Assembly: GCF_964355755.1 (NCBI RefSeq)
Contig: NC_092670.1
Location: forward strand, 8,484,201 to 8,548,200
DNA: 64,000 bases
Reading direction: 5' to 3'
Origin: Antedon mediterranea
Taxonomy: Eukaryota > Animalia > Echinodermata
Shown here: in pieces, positions 16,251 to 29,510 of the stretch
How positions within the stretch are numbered: position 1 is the stretch's first letter
How the letters are laid out: each line of letters opens with the position of its first letter
Program-made: the position numbers and the translations under genes
The notes under the pieces: model-generated
Seen by the model: the letters and a program-made list of their open reading frames with translations, nothing else
Database searches by the model: none
What the model was told of the DNA's origin: nothing

Positions 16251-17698
16251 CTAGCAATTATACCCGCCCCAGGGCGGGTTTCAAAATTAGTTTACAGCCT
16301 TCTCAGTACATAACACCCGACGCCAGTATCTGTCTATACTCACCAACATCCACCCCTCAATAACACCCCATACTCTTTCTTAAAAACAAAATCTTCCCAG
16401 TGATGGACAAATTCAATTCAACCTAAGCTTCGAATTGAGAGGAGTATTCATAACTACGATGGGTCTAATAATGGTTGTAGTACGTTGTAAATTGTGTAAA
16501 TGAATAGGTGTCATATTGGCTGATAATTAAAATTTGTAATTTAGATACTGCGGGCACCCAGCCTTCTTTCTCCTTTCACCACCCCAGACACCATCAACAA
16601 ACCTTAACTCCTCCCCTGGACAGTTCAAATTTAGTAACTTTTCCTAGTACAATCCAATCATATAGGCTACTTCATTACGCTAGTATTTTCGCTCCTCCTC
16701 CCTCTACAAAAAACACACCCCAGATACACTGGGTGATCTGTTGAAGCCGGTTCCAGTACAATTTATATTATTATCACTCCCAACCCATAATCCCTCAGTG
16801 GCAGTTTTCAAATGTAGTTTAAAACATTCCAAATACAGTTTCGGTCATGGTGATAGGCCTAGATGTACATCCCAACCCCAAACTCCCATCCGCTTCCCAG
16901 GGATGATTAAATACTTTAAAAGTTTCCAACCACAATTCTGGTGTAAGCAAAATCCCCACTCTCTCCTGAAACCAAACTCCCAACCCCTATCTCCCAACCC
17001 CACTCTCCCACAATGTACGTTTTTTTCCTTGGAGGATTGGTGATGTAGTTGAACACAGTAACAGTAAACAACATGTGTATGTTCACACAGGTATGGATGT
17101 CTGTAATGAGGCAATCCAAGAGACCAACAAATAGCTGGATATGGTTAAAGTACTTTGCTAAATGTGTAATTGAATAGGTGTCATATTGTTTAATGAATAA
17201 AATATGTATATCTATATTTCCCCAAACGCCTTGCTGAGGATAATTCAAATACTTTAAAACTTTTGTAGTATAATTTTACAATTCGATAGCCTACAACCCT
17301 GAGCCCTAGCAAAAATGACATCACAAACCACCACACAACCACCCCCCCCCCCCACCCATTCCACAAAAACCCCAGGATTCGGGGGAATTTTTTAAAATGT
17401 AGTTTAAAACCTTCCGGGTACAATTGCCATCATTTTGATACCCCATACGTATGGTTACGTGCAGACACAGAAATTTTTATAACGAACAAACATCGAAAGT
17501 GGGGGTTTTGACCACATTTTGGTCCCTAACTTGGATCCTAGGTGGCGGATGATGTTGAAATATAGCTTAGAACATTCCCGGTACAATTGCGGTCATTTTG
17601 ATACCCCATATGTAAGATTATGTGCAGTAACAAAATTTTGTATAACGAACAAACAGACAAACAAACAAACAGACAAACTCTCTCACTTATAATATAGA
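16251..17698 (-). mobile_element. Non-autonomous Helitron
   Basis: The minus strand starts A|TCTATATTATAAG with a (GTTT/GTCT)n microsatellite. It ends with the hairpin ACCCGCCC..GGGCGGGT and then CTAG|T. Internal direct repeats are present and there is no TSD. Confidence 0.85.
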
Positions 17699-18749
17699 TA
17701 CTAATAATATGGAGCGCGGCGGCGCCGCAGACGAAATTTCTATTACTGGACGTCTCAGGCAGAAAAATCATAAATCATTCATGAGATTAAAGCATCAAAA
17801 TAGGACATTACCAGGTCCGTAACCAGGTTTGATGGCGTGGTGGATTGTTTAAATTGTTTAGTGGAACAGATTTTTTTTCTCTAGATGGGCATAAATCGTG
17901 TTTCTGGACTATATAATTTGGTGTAATTTCTTCACTATTTATAGAGCGCCATATGCCATTTTTGAAGAATGTGACACTGCCAGACATACGGACGAAAGTA
18001 TTGAAATTAAAAAAAAGTTCATTGCGGCCTACCACGACACACTCGCACACACCCACCACAGATGATACGGCAACTCCCTGCTGTTATCGTTAAAAAGAGC
18101 CTGTCATAAACTCGTGCATCCACTTTAGACTAACTGACTGGGCGAAGTAGGCCTACACGACGTACACGCATGCGCCAGGTGATACTGTACATCCTTCCTG
18201 GGCGTTCCATAAGTTCTTTTTAAAAGATCCAAACGTCTTGGTGTTTGGTAGTTCAAATTAGTATTTTTAAGCGTAAAACTAATAATTAATAGTAATAAAT
18301 GGTTTTGGTTGTAATTATTGACTTGTAAAATATATTCGTAAGTCTTTTGCTAAATGAATGTCGATTTAAATTGAATAATCTCTTTTTATTAAGGCTTGAC
18401 TAGGCCTGTAGTGAATGAAGTGGGAGGCCAAGCAAAACCCTGATCCCCCTGAGCCTATACCGGACTATATAATAAGTATTTATATCAGCCTTATTATATA
18501 TATACAGTATATTAAACAACATCGTTTTAGTCATATGGTACACTACCAGCTATCTTTGAGTGACTATTCCTGGAGTTGAATCCTTTGTTATAAAAAAAAA
18601 AATGCATACCGTTCACAAATTTAGTATTAAAACAATCCATTTGTTTAAATGGTTTTGTTAAAATAAGTGGTACAGTAATTGGAAATATAACAAACATAAT
18701 AAAGTAAAGAAAAAGAGTAATCAAAATTATAAATAGAGAAAATATACAA

Positions 18750-19351
18750 CTAGATTTGAACTCGTCACGGTGACGAGTTAGGCTATCCTGCAATGCATCG
18801 TAACATACAGATGCTATTTATTAGGCTTAGCCTACAGTAAGCTGCACCACAGCGATTGTACAAACAGCATAGCATCGATCAAAATCGTTTAGTTGACGGT
18901 TAGTTTTTATTTTACACCCTTCACGTTTATTTAATTGTTTGAATCTATATATAAATTTACGTAAGGGCAAAATTCGGTAAATCGCACCTTACTTCTACAA
19001 TTTTTACTCGATGGTATATAAAGTTGGTTCGTACTTTCGGTACTGATTTTAACCACCTGATGTAACCCTGTTTACTAATTAAATTAAGTTAGATAATTAG
19101 TTATTGACGATTAAAACGAATTTAGGTTCAACGATTTGGTTTTTTCCGATCGAGGTATACACTTTCTAATGGATGTCCATCTTGAAAAATACCCGCCACA
19201 AAAATGCGAGGAGGCTTCGCATTTTCCTATCTCCTACGATAATTGTTTTTAATAGCTGAAAACCGGTTGAACAGCTAGAGTACACCATCATAATGTTGAA
19301 GACAGGCCGATTTTCTTTAAAAAATACTATTTTGATAGATTTAATATAAGA
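18750..19351 (-). mobile_element. Non-autonomous Helitron (second family)
   Basis: The 3' end is the hairpin AACTCGTCAC.GTGACGAGTT followed by CAAATCTAG|T. The candidate 5' end A|TCTTATATTAAA is at 19351. The same 3' end recurs on the + strand at ~37872-37901. Confidence 0.6.
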
Positions 19352-20399
19352 TTATACAAATGTATTGATTTGCGATGAATGGAACATCCCAATCTCTCAG
19401 TCTGCCAGAGTTTTGTTTAACACAAGTAGGTAAATTTATGAGCCCTTGATTTAACACATACGGTAGGTAAATATATGGGCCCTTTGAGAATAAACTTGCA
19501 ATACGTTGACAATACTATAAATATCTATTAACTATTTTTAGTCCTCATTTGAATCGAACATTTCTTACTGTGATTGTTCGTACTGTTAGATGTAAAGTAC
19601 TGTTAGATGTAATATAAAGTACTGTAATGTAAAGTACTGTTAGATGTAATATAAAAATATATACAGATAAACTTTATTAGTAAGATTGTGGATAGGATCT
19701 ACTGTTAGATATATAAACACATTATTATATACAAATAAACTTTATACTGACAGTTCCTTCTCAACGTTTGTATTAATTAATAATAACCAATAAAATAAAC
19801 GTCGTAGTGGTGTATCGTGACATGTACTTTAATATTTCAATCGATTATGACAGTGACAGTTTTAACAAAGTATTAAATCGCAAATGTTTTACTGTATTTA
19901 GAGGTATATTATTTATATTATTATATTCATATTCATTTATTATAGGCCTATAAAACACGAAAACAATATTTCGTTACTGAGTGGATAAAGAATATATTTA
20001 AAAATTGTTCCTCTTTGTACCTATCCGCTTTCCCATCCCTCAACCCTAATATAAAAAAACCCATACAAAACACAAATTGGGTTTCTTTAAATGAGTCCAA
20101 ATCAAAAATTTGGACTCATTTTGTGATGAGTTTCTCCTTCGGAAGTAATTCCCAGGGTGCTAATTTTAGTTGACTACATAAATCATCGTGTCTATTTATT
20201 CGTTTCTGTAAACGACAATGTATTATAGTCCTGCGGTACGTACATTTGAAATCGCCAGTTATTCGAGAACCATCTGTGGGCACGACCTAGATGGTACGCG
20301 AGATGATTAAATTTTCAAATTAAAAATAAAGTTCATGTGTCTGAAGGAGAATTTTTTAAGTAATAACATTATTGAAAATTGGAAGGAATTTGATAACGT

Positions 20400-21003
20400 T
20401 TATGCGATATGCGCTCTATTGAATGTGACGAACTGTGTCGAAAAGAGACAAAATTCCTTTACATTTGTGTGGCCATACGATGTTTGACGTGCCCGTGTGT
20501 CATTATTTTTTCATTCATAATTCATCAAATATGAAAGAAATATATCATAAAACTATAAAAAACAATATTCAAGCGCAAAAACGGGCTTTCTATGCTGCGT
20601 ACGGGCTAAGTGCGTAAAAAGTCCTGAAACGTATAGAAAGTTGATTAGAAATTCATTTTGAGCATTTTAAACTTTTAAAGCGTGCTTACGCACGAAAATA
20701 CCAATGTTGAAAATTTTGCTGATGATACAGGAAGATGACCCTTGACATGAAGCATACATGTGTCAAGTGGTATTTAAAATATCTATTGGTTTTCAATTTA
20801 TAGTCAATCTACGCGACAATATTTTCATTAAACCAAAGTTTCTTGTACAACGACATATATGCGCGCATCTGCTGGCCAAGTTACAACATAACTGCTACCG
20901 CCGTTTTTTAAATTTGCATGCAACAAAAAATGAGCACAAAAATTGAAATTTTTGACAATAACAATAGGCTATCGCTCTACAGATAGCGAAAGCCTAATAA
21001 AAA
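20400..21003 (-). mobile_element. Possible Helentron-type non-autonomous element (left boundary uncertain)
   Basis: The minus-strand start TTTTTATTAGGCTTTCGCTATCTGTAGAGCGATAGCCTATTGTTATTG is a T-run plus terminal hairpin. Confidence 0.35.
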
Positions 21004-21466
21004 TAGAAATCAATTTTAGAAAACAAAACTTTAAGTTAAAATTTTGCATATTAATTGTATTTTGGAATGAAGTTATTGACATATTTTTAAAGTTGAAAGT
21101 AATATAAGTGCATTCTAGCTTTTAGATGAACGATAAGTAAAAAGCTTTGTTGCCTTGAAAACAATTCCAGGTGGGGACAACTAAATCGTATCCTAATAGT
21201 ATTAAAAGTCAATTTTTACTTCACAAGCTGCATCTATTTCAGCTTCGGTTACAGTACTTGCTTTTGCTGTCTGGAATAATAATACAGTACTGTATTTAAT
21301 AATGTATTATTATAAATAATTTGTAAACTATGGAAGTTTTCTTCCATAGTTATTTATAATTTTTTTAGCCTACAAAAGTTTCATTCTTTTTGCCTTTTAG
21401 TTGTTTTTTATGGAAATATTATCTTGAAACAAATCTGTGAAAAAAAATTCTCAAACCATGAATAGT

Positions 21467-21530
21467 CTAAGATAAGATAAGATAAGATAAGATAACTTTT
21501 ATTGATCCTCAAAAAGGAAATTCATTGCTC
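21467..21530 (-). mobile_element. LINE 3' tail remnant with (TAAGA)n microsatellite
   Basis: (TAAGA)5 is followed by ACTTTTATTGATCCTC...GGAAATT, resembling Rex1/Babar-type 3' ends. Confidence 0.4.
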
Positions 21531-21675
21531 GTCATAATAACAAAGAAAACACTATAAAAACAAATATAGCATAAAACCATTCATATAAAAACATCTAAAA
21601 AATTACAATATAAAATTATCTTCTAAGTCTATTATTATTAGTTAATTTATTTTCTTTCAGATTACAGAATACAGC

Positions 21676-24600
21676 ATGAAATATAAATGTGAACACTGTG
21701 GAGTTAAGTTGGAATTCAGTGACTTGAAAGAACATTTAGGATTACACAATCATTCTAAAGAAATAAAATGTGAGCTCTGTGAAGATACAATTGACAAGTG
21801 TAAGCTACATAATCAGACACCATATGAATGTGATCATGAGGAGGAAGGAAATCGGAATTTGAAAAAACATTTGAGCACAAACACAGGAGAGACACCATAT
21901 GAATGTGAACATGAGAAGGAAGGAAATAGGAATTTGAAAAAACATTTGAGCACAAACACAGGAGAGACACCATATGAATGTGAGCATGAGAAGGAAGGAA
22001 ATAGGAATTTGAAAAAACATTTGAGCACAAATACGGGAGAGACACCATATGAATGTGAGCATGAGAAGGAAGGAAATCGGAATTTGAAAAAACATTTGAG
22101 CACAAACACAGGAGAGACACCATATGAATGTGAGCATGAGAAGGAAGGAATTCGGAATTTGAAAAAACATTTGAGCACAAACACAGGAGAGACACCATAT
22201 GAATGTGAGCATGAGAAGGAAGGAATTCGGAATTTGAAAAAACATTTGAGCACAAACACAGGAGAGACACCATATGAATGTGAGCATGAGAAGGAAGGAA
22301 ATAGGAATTTGAAAAAACATTTGAGCACAAACACAGGAGAGACACCATATGAATGTGAACATGAGAAGGAAGGAAATTGGAATTTGAAAAAACATTTGAG
22401 CACAAATACGGGAGAGACACCATATGAATGTGAACATGAGAAGGAAGGAAATCGGAATTTGAAAAAACATTTGAGCACAAACACAGGAGAGACACCATAT
22501 GAATGTGAGCATGAGAAGGAAGGAATTCGGAATTTGAAAAAACATTTGAGCACAAACACAGGAGAGACACCATATGAATGTGAGCATGAGAAGGAAGGAA
22601 ATAGGAATTTGAAAAAACATTTGAGCACAAACACAGGAGAGACACCATATGAATGTGAACATGAGAAGGAAGGAAATTGGAATTTGAAAAAACATTTGAG
22701 CACAAACACAGGAGAGACACCATATGAATGTGAGCATGAGAAAGAAGGAAATAGGAATTTGAAAAAACATTTGAGCACAAAAACAGGAGAGACACCATAT
22801 GAATGTGAGCATGAGAAAGAAGGAAATCTGAATTTAAAAAAACATTTGAGCACAAACACAGGAGAGACACCATATGAATGTGAGCATGAGAAGGAAGGAA
22901 ATAGGAATTTGAAAAAACATTTGAGCACAAACACAGGAGAGACACCATATGAATGTGAGCATGAGAAGGAAGGAAATAGGAATTTGAAAAAACATTTGAG
23001 CACAAACACAGGAGAGACACCATATGAATGTGAGCATGAGAAGGAAGGAAATTGGATTTTGAAAACACATTTGAGCACAAAAACAGGAGAGACACCATAT
23101 GAATGTGAACATTGTGGGAAGAAATTTAAACAAAGCTGGAATTTGAAAATGCATTTGAGAAAACACACAAGAGCGACACCATATGAAAATTGTGGTATGA
23201 AATTTAATCAAAATTTAAAGATTCTATTGAGAAAATACACAGGAGAGACACCATATGATTGTGAACATGGTGGTAAGAAATTTAAACAAAATGGAAATTG
23301 GAAAATACATTTGAGAAAACACAAAAGAGAGGCACCATATGAATGTGAACATTGTGGAATGAAATTTACACGGAATGCTACTTTGTCAGCACATTTAAAA
23401 ACACATAACACACCTTATGAATGTGAACATTGTGGGAAGAAATTTAAATGGAAGCTTACTTTGGAAACACATTTGAGAACACACAAAAGAGAGGCATCAT
23501 ATGAATGTGAAAATTGTGGGAAGAAATTTAGAAAAAATGTAAATTTAAAAATGCATTTAAGAATACACACAAGAGAGACACCATATGAATGTGAACATTG
23601 TGGTAAGAAATTTAAACAATATGGAAATTTGAAAATGCATTTGAGAACACACACAATAGAGACACCATATGAACGTGAACATTGTGGTAAGAAATTTAAA
23701 CAAAGTGGAAGTTTGAAGATACATTTGAGAACACACACAGGAGAGACACCATATGAATGTCAACATTGTGGACAGAAATTTAAACAAAATGGAAATTTTA
23801 AAATGCATTTGAGAACACACACAGGAAAGACACCATATGAATGTCAACATTGTGGACAGAAATTTAAACAAAATGGAAATTTGAAAATGCATTTGAGAAC
23901 ACACACAGGAAAGACACCATATGAATGTGAACATTGTGGTAAAAAATTTAAACAAAATGAACATTTGAAGATACATTTGAGAACACAGGCAGGAGAGACA
24001 CCATATGAATGTGAACATTGGGGTATGAAATTTAAACAAAGTGGAAGTTTAAAGATACATTTGAGAACACACACAGGAGAGACACCATATGAATGTGAAC
24101 ATTGTGGTAAGAAATTTAAACAAAATGGACATTTGAAAATGCATTTGAGAACACACACAGGAGAGACACCATATGAATGTCAACATTGTGGACAGAAATT
24201 TAAACGAAATGAACATTTGAAAAGACATTTGAGAACACACACAGGAGAGACACCATATGAATGTGAACATTGTGGTAAGAAATTTAAACACAGTGGGGAC
24301 TTGAAAAAACATTTGAGAATACACACAGGAGAGGCACCATATGAATGTGAACATTGTGGTAAGAAATTTAAACAAAATGGGGTTTTGAAAAGACATTTGA
24401 GAACACACACAAGAAAGGCACCATATGAATGTGAACATTGTGGTAAGAAATTTAAACACAGTGGGGACTTGAAAAAACGTTTGAGAATACACACAGGAGA
24501 GGCACCATATGAATGTGAACATTGTGGTAAGAAATTTAAACAAAGTAGAAGTTTGAAGATACATTTGAGAACACACACAGGAGAGACACCATATGAATGT

Positions 24601-25773
24601 CAACATTGTGGACAGAAATTTAAAAACAATGGAAATTTGAATATACATTTGAGAATACACACAGGAGAGACACCATATGAATGTCAACATTGTGGAAAGA
24701 AATTTAAACAAAATGGAAATTTGAAAAAGCATTTGAGAATACACACAGGAGAGACACCATATGAATGTGAACATTGTGGTAAAAAATTTAAACAAAATGA
24801 ACATTTGAAGATACATTTGAGAACACACACAGGAGAGACACCATATGAATGTCAACATTGTGGACAGAAATTTAAAAACAATGGAAATTTGAATATACAT
24901 TTGAGAATACACACAGGAGAGACACCATATGAATGTGAACATTGTGGTAAAAAATTTAAACAAAATGAACATTTGAAGATACATTTGAGAACACACACAG
25001 GAGAGACACCATATGAATGTCAACATTGTGGACAGAAATTTAAACTAAGCTGGAATTTGAATATGCATTTGAGAACACACACAGGAGAGACACCATATGA
25101 ATGTCAACATTGTGGACAGAAATTTAAACAAAATGGAAATTTGAAAATTCATTTGAGAACACACACAGGAGAGACACCATATGAATGTGAACATTGTGGT
25201 AAGAAATTTAAACAAAGTGGAAGTTTGAAGATACATTTGAGAACACACACAGGAGAGACACCATATGAATGTGAACATTGTGGTAAGAAATTTAAACAAA
25301 GTGGAAGTTTGAAGATACATTTGAGAACACACACAGGAGAGACACCATATGAATGTGCACATTGTGGTAAGAAATTTAAACACAATGGGGACTTGAAAAG
25401 ACATTTGAGAATACACACAAGAGAGGCACCATATGAATGTGAACATTGTGGTAAGAAATTTAAACAAAGTGGAAGTTTGAAGATACATTTGAGAACACAC
25501 ACAGGAGAGACACCATATGAATGTGCACATTGTGGTAAGAAATTTAAACACAATGGGGACTTGAAAAGACATTTGAGAATACACACAAGAGAGACACCAT
25601 ATGAATGTGAACATTGTGGTAAGAAATTTAAACAAAATGGGGTTTTGAAAAGACATTTGAGAACACACACTAGAAAGGCACCATATGAATGTGAACATTG
25701 TGGAACGAAATTTACACGGAATGCTACTTTGAATGCACATTTAAAAACACATAACACACCTTATGAAATTTAA
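21676..25773 (+). CDS. Poly-C2H2 zinc-finger protein, 1365 aa (N-terminal atypical finger, 17 degenerate 25-aa repeats, ~32 finger units)
   Basis: Single long ORF just after the splice acceptor TTTCTTTCAG at 21660. It has CxxC-x12-HxxxH fingers with HTGETPY linkers, of which ~26 are intact. Upstream exons may exist. Confidence 0.9.
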   Translation: MKYKCEHCGVKLEFSDLKEHLGLHNHSKEIKCELCEDTIDKCKLHNQTPYECDHEEEGNRNLKKHLSTNTGETPYECEHEKEGNRNLKKHLSTNTGETPYECEHEKEGNRNLKKHLSTNTGETPYECEHEKEGNRNLKKHLSTNTGETPYECEHEKEGIRNLKKHLSTNTGETPYECEHEKEGIRNLKKHLSTNTGETPYECEHEKEGNRNLKKHLSTNTGETPYECEHEKEGNWNLKKHLSTNTGETPYECEHEKEGNRNLKKHLSTNTGETPYECEHEKEGIRNLKKHLSTNTGETPYECEHEKEGNRNLKKHLSTNTGETPYECEHEKEGNWNLKKHLSTNTGETPYECEHEKEGNRNLKKHLSTKTGETPYECEHEKEGNLNLKKHLSTNTGETPYECEHEKEGNRNLKKHLSTNTGETPYECEHEKEGNRNLKKHLSTNTGETPYECEHEKEGNWILKTHLSTKTGETPYECEHCGKKFKQSWNLKMHLRKHTRATPYENCGMKFNQNLKILLRKYTGETPYDCEHGGKKFKQNGNWKIHLRKHKREAPYECEHCGMKFTRNATLSAHLKTHNTPYECEHCGKKFKWKLTLETHLRTHKREASYECENCGKKFRKNVNLKMHLRIHTRETPYECEHCGKKFKQYGNLKMHLRTHTIETPYEREHCGKKFKQSGSLKIHLRTHTGETPYECQHCGQKFKQNGNFKMHLRTHTGKTPYECQHCGQKFKQNGNLKMHLRTHTGKTPYECEHCGKKFKQNEHLKIHLRTQAGETPYECEHWGMKFKQSGSLKIHLRTHTGETPYECEHCGKKFKQNGHLKMHLRTHTGETPYECQHCGQKFKRNEHLKRHLRTHTGETPYECEHCGKKFKHSGDLKKHLRIHTGEAPYECEHCGKKFKQNGVLKRHLRTHTRKAPYECEHCGKKFKHSGDLKKRLRIHTGEAPYECEHCGKKFKQSRSLKIHLRTHTGETPYECQHCGQKFKNNGNLNIHLRIHTGETPYECQHCGKKFKQNGNLKKHLRIHTGETPYECEHCGKKFKQNEHLKIHLRTHTGETPYECQHCGQKFKNNGNLNIHLRIHTGETPYECEHCGKKFKQNEHLKIHLRTHTGETPYECQHCGQKFKLSWNLNMHLRTHTGETPYECQHCGQKFKQNGNLKIHLRTHTGETPYECEHCGKKFKQSGSLKIHLRTHTGETPYECEHCGKKFKQSGSLKIHLRTHTGETPYECAHCGKKFKHNGDLKRHLRIHTREAPYECEHCGKKFKQSGSLKIHLRTHTGETPYECAHCGKKFKHNGDLKRHLRIHTRETPYECEHCGKKFKQNGVLKRHLRTHTRKAPYECEHCGTKFTRNATLNAHLKTHNTPYEI
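21823..23097 (+). repeat. Coding minisatellite, 75 bp x 17
   Basis: The unit encodes YECEHEKEG(N/I)(R/W/L)NLKKHLSTNTGETP. Confidence 0.97.
23098..25757 (+). repeat. Coding minisatellite of mostly 84-bp zinc-finger units (~32)
   Basis: Near-identical nucleotide scaffold with variation concentrated in the recognition helix. Confidence 0.95.
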
Positions 25774-27090
<1,317 letters not shown>

Positions 27091-27337
27091 TGTACTGTAT
27101 AAATGTTAATGTTCTGTGTGTTGCTGTTTTTTGTTTTGTTTAAAGTACACACACACTTTCAATTCTAAATGTACACTCTTTTACTTATTAGTTAGTAAAT
27201 TGTTATAACATTTATTATAATACTATGATACCATAGGACTTAATTATTGTATTATTTTAATTCACGTTATCATAATATTATACATTTTGGGTTTTGTTTA
27301 CACTTTGTTTCGTTTGTGATATTTTTTTCAAAAATTA

Positions 27338-28648
27338 TAATAAACCCTTTCTATGATTTATAATGTACAGTAGCCTTCCTATGTAATAAACCCTTTCTAT
27401 GATTTATAATGTACAGTAGCCTTCCTATGTAATAAACCCTTTCTATGATTTATAATGTACAGTAGCCTTCCTATATAATAAACCCTTTCTATGATTTATA
27501 TTGTACAGTAGCCTTCCTATGTAATAAACCCTTTCTATGATTTATAATGTACAGTAGCCTTCCTATGTAATAAACCCTTTCTATGATTTATAATGTACAG
27601 TAGCCTTCCTATGTAATAAACCCTTTCTATGATTTATAATGTACAGTAGCCTTCCTATGTAATAAACCCTTTCTATGATTTATAATGTACAGTAGCCTTC
27701 CTATGTAATAAACCCTTACTAAGATTTATAATGTACAGTAGCCTTCCTATGTAATAAAGCCTTTCTATGATTTATAATGTACAGTAGCCTTCCTATGTAA
27801 TAAACCCTTTCTATGATTTATAATGTACAGTAGCCTTCCTATGTAATAAACCCTTACTAAGATTTATAATGTACAGTAGCCTTCCTATGTAATAAAGCCT
27901 TTCTATGATTTATAATGTACAGTAGCCTTCCTATGTAATAAAGCCTTTCTATGATTTATAATGTACAGTAGCCTTCCTATGTAATAAACCCTTTCTATGA
28001 TTTATAATGTACAGTAGCCTTCCTATGTAATAAAGCCTTTCTATGATTTATAATGTACAGTAGCCTTCCTATGTAATAAACCCTTTCTATGATTTATAAT
28101 GTACAGTAGCCTTCCTATGTAATAAAGCCTTTCTATGATTTATAATGTACAGTAGCCTTCCTATGTAATAAAGCCTTTCTATGATTTATAATGTACAGTA
28201 GCCTTCCTATGTAATAAAGCCTTTCTATGATTTATAATGTACAGTAGCCTTCCTATGTAATAAAGCCTTTCTATGATTTATAATGTACAGTAGCCTTCCT
28301 ATGTAATAAAGCCTTTCTATGATTTATAATGTACAGTAGCCTTCCTATGTAATAAAGCCTTTCTATGATTTATAATGTACAGTAGCCTTCCTATGTAATA
28401 AAGCCTTTCTATGATTTATAATGTACAGTAGCCTTCCTATGTAATAAAGCCTTTCTATGATTTATAATGTACAGTAGCCTTCCTATGTAATAAAGCCTTT
28501 CTATGATTTATAATGTACAGTAGCCTTCCTATGTAATAAACCCTTTCTATGATTTATAATGTACAGTAGCCTTCCTATGTAATAAAGCCTTTCTATGATT
28601 TATAATGTACAGTAGCCTTCCTATGTAATAAAGCCTTTCTATGATTTT
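27338..28648 (+). repeat. 46-bp minisatellite, ~28.5 copies
   Basis: Unit TAATAAA(C/G)CCTTTCTATGATTTATAATGTACAGTAGCCTTCCTATG, contiguous with no spacers. Confidence 0.98.
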
Positions 28649-29510
28649 TATTTCAAAGTAAGAGTTTTCTTTTATAGTCGGTTCATTTTTGTAACAATAA
28701 AATCAAGTTTTATTCAAGGTACTGTATAATATACTATTTTCTTTGTGTATATTTGTAAACACATGGCGACAACAGGGGATAGATAGATACTATTTTGTAA
28801 TTTATATTTTTATGTTGAAGTTGAGGTATTGAGCAGAGGTACACTATAGGTTATGTTTTGGAAAAAAAAGTGTATACTGTAGTCATTAGAATTATAAAGT
28901 ACTGTAGTTATATTATAGATAACTGATTTTGCTGCAGTTTTGAAATCGATCAGAATATTCAAAACTTAATGTTGTTACGTGTTGTCAAAAGAATTGACAC
29001 AACAATGTAACACTCAATCCAAGGAGTAACAACTCTCTTCTAAATCCAATTATTAAAGTGGAATTTCAATACAATTCTGCATAATTGGCGTTATACAGTA
29101 TACTGTAAAGGCAGTGACGATCCGCTATTAGATCTCTAGATAAAGCCTTTCCCCACCCACTCTACACAATGGTAGAGTGGGTCGGTTATAATGTCTCGGG
29201 TCGTTACTCAACAAGTACTCTTACAGCATCTAAATAGATAATTCAATTTTCATAATTATACTCTCAACCAATCAAATACCGTAAATAAGTACTTGTCTGC
29301 CAGTCTATGATCCTATTTATTGCTGAGGAATGCCATTCAGTTGTATACAGTGGCAGCGAGAGAACGACTGAGGAAGACGATAATTATCATTGAGGTAGGT
29401 ACACGTTCCTAAACTAAAATATTGATTATGAGACAATCGGCGTGTGTGTTTCTTATAATTGTTAGCAGGATTACTCGAAAATGTATTGCCGATTTTCATA
29501 TGATTTTAAA

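Noticed and set aside
20088-20120. Palindrome AAATGAGTCCAAAT..ATTTGGACTCATTT (and AACTATGGAAG..CTTCCATAGTT near 21326-21351) as further P footprints
   Set aside because: There are no flanking direct repeats and no intact CAT..ATG termini.
21755-25757. Long minus-strand ORFs (up to 447 aa)
   Set aside because: They are antisense shadows of stop-poor tandem repeats in the ZNF ORF.
21676-25773. PRDM9 orthologue
   Set aside because: No PR/SET, KRAB or SSXRD exons are recognisable upstream. Only the mode of array evolution is similar.
27338-28648. CRISPR-like array
   Set aside because: Units are contiguous with no unique spacers, there are no cas genes, and the context is eukaryotic. The same applies to the 56-bp and 75-bp arrays.
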